A stretch of DNA of 64,000 nt from Epiperipatus broadwayi. Taxonomy: Eukaryota > Animalia > Onychophora. Of the stretch, positions 63,518 to 64,000 are shown one piece after another. Location of the stretch: NCBI GenBank assembly GCA_028023455.1, contig JAQFVV010000010.1, positions 1,240,001-1,304,000 of the forward strand, given 5' to 3'. How positions within the stretch are numbered: position 1 is the first letter of the stretch; each line of letters begins with the position of its first letter. The notes beneath the pieces are model-generated. The model was not told the origin of the DNA. It saw only the letters and a list, made by a program, of their open reading frames with translations, and did not search any database. Both the position numbers and the translations under genes were made by a program.

Positions 63518-64000
63518 GAGATGATAGTTTTTCATTGCATATGAAAATATAATATTTAATGTTTTTCTATTTTTTTGTATTGGAAATTTTATTTATTACT
63601 AATGAAAGTTTAAATTTAAATAATTTGTTATCTTTTAAGCAATCTAGGTTAAAAAAATTTTTTGCTAATCGAATTTGAAAATTTTAGTTTAATCAAGCCT
63701 ATAAACTGTTCTTTTTGCTAATTACTTCTTGGAATGTCGAATGTGGTGGAAAGCAAAACTAAAGTCAAGCTCTATTGTGAAGTGTTAATTAAAAATGAAA
63801 TGTTATGATTTTATGGATGATAAGTGAGATTTTAAATATAATTAAAAAAAAGACATCCAGATCTAGGATGAAAAAAATCTACAATTGATAAGATATTCAT
63901 TGACAATAATCTAAAAACACTTTATTTGTTTTTTTCTTCGAAAACACAACTTTAAAAAGCTAAGTGAAACAAAGGGGGATTCACATGAAAAGCTTAAAAA
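63518..64000 (+). repeat. Interspersed repeat copy B (empty-site paralogue of copy A); runs off the window
   Basis: Aligns with both flanks of the 60790-61567 insertion. Confidence 0.8.

Noticed and set aside
1-64000. CRISPR arrays, rRNA, operons; the remaining 60-100-aa ORFs
   Set aside because: No regularly spaced repeat-spacer array or rRNA-like sequence was seen. The remaining ORFs are antisense or off-frame shadows of transposon remnants, or F/I/L/K/N-rich chance ORFs typical of AT-rich DNA.

Overview
Very AT-rich, CpG-depleted eukaryotic (probably arthropod) intergenic/intronic DNA. No intact, recognisable protein-coding gene, rRNA, true tRNA or CRISPR array was found. The window is a stack of decayed mobile elements: three Tx1/L1-clade LINE pieces (one nearly full length), five RTE-clade LINE remnants, two Buster/Charlie-type hAT derivatives with perfect TIRs and 8-bp TSDs, two pogo/Tigger-like MITEs, tRNA-derived SINEs and Penelope-like (PLE) reverse-transcriptase remnants. 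The most interesting signal is a set of five short non-coding insertions, each flanked by a 13-16 bp target-site duplication (14.6, 19.3, 26.4, 55.3 and 60.8 kb). They are built as partial tandem and/or inverted repeats with offset ends. Two carry hammerhead-ribozyme folds on the minus strand: a well-formed minimal type I hammerhead at 26545-26603, whose predicted cleavage site matches the element's 5' end, and a degenerate one at 19416-19485 next to a tRNA-derived SINE. This looks like a retrozyme/non-autonomous PLE system. All calls were made by eye, with no database search or folding run.
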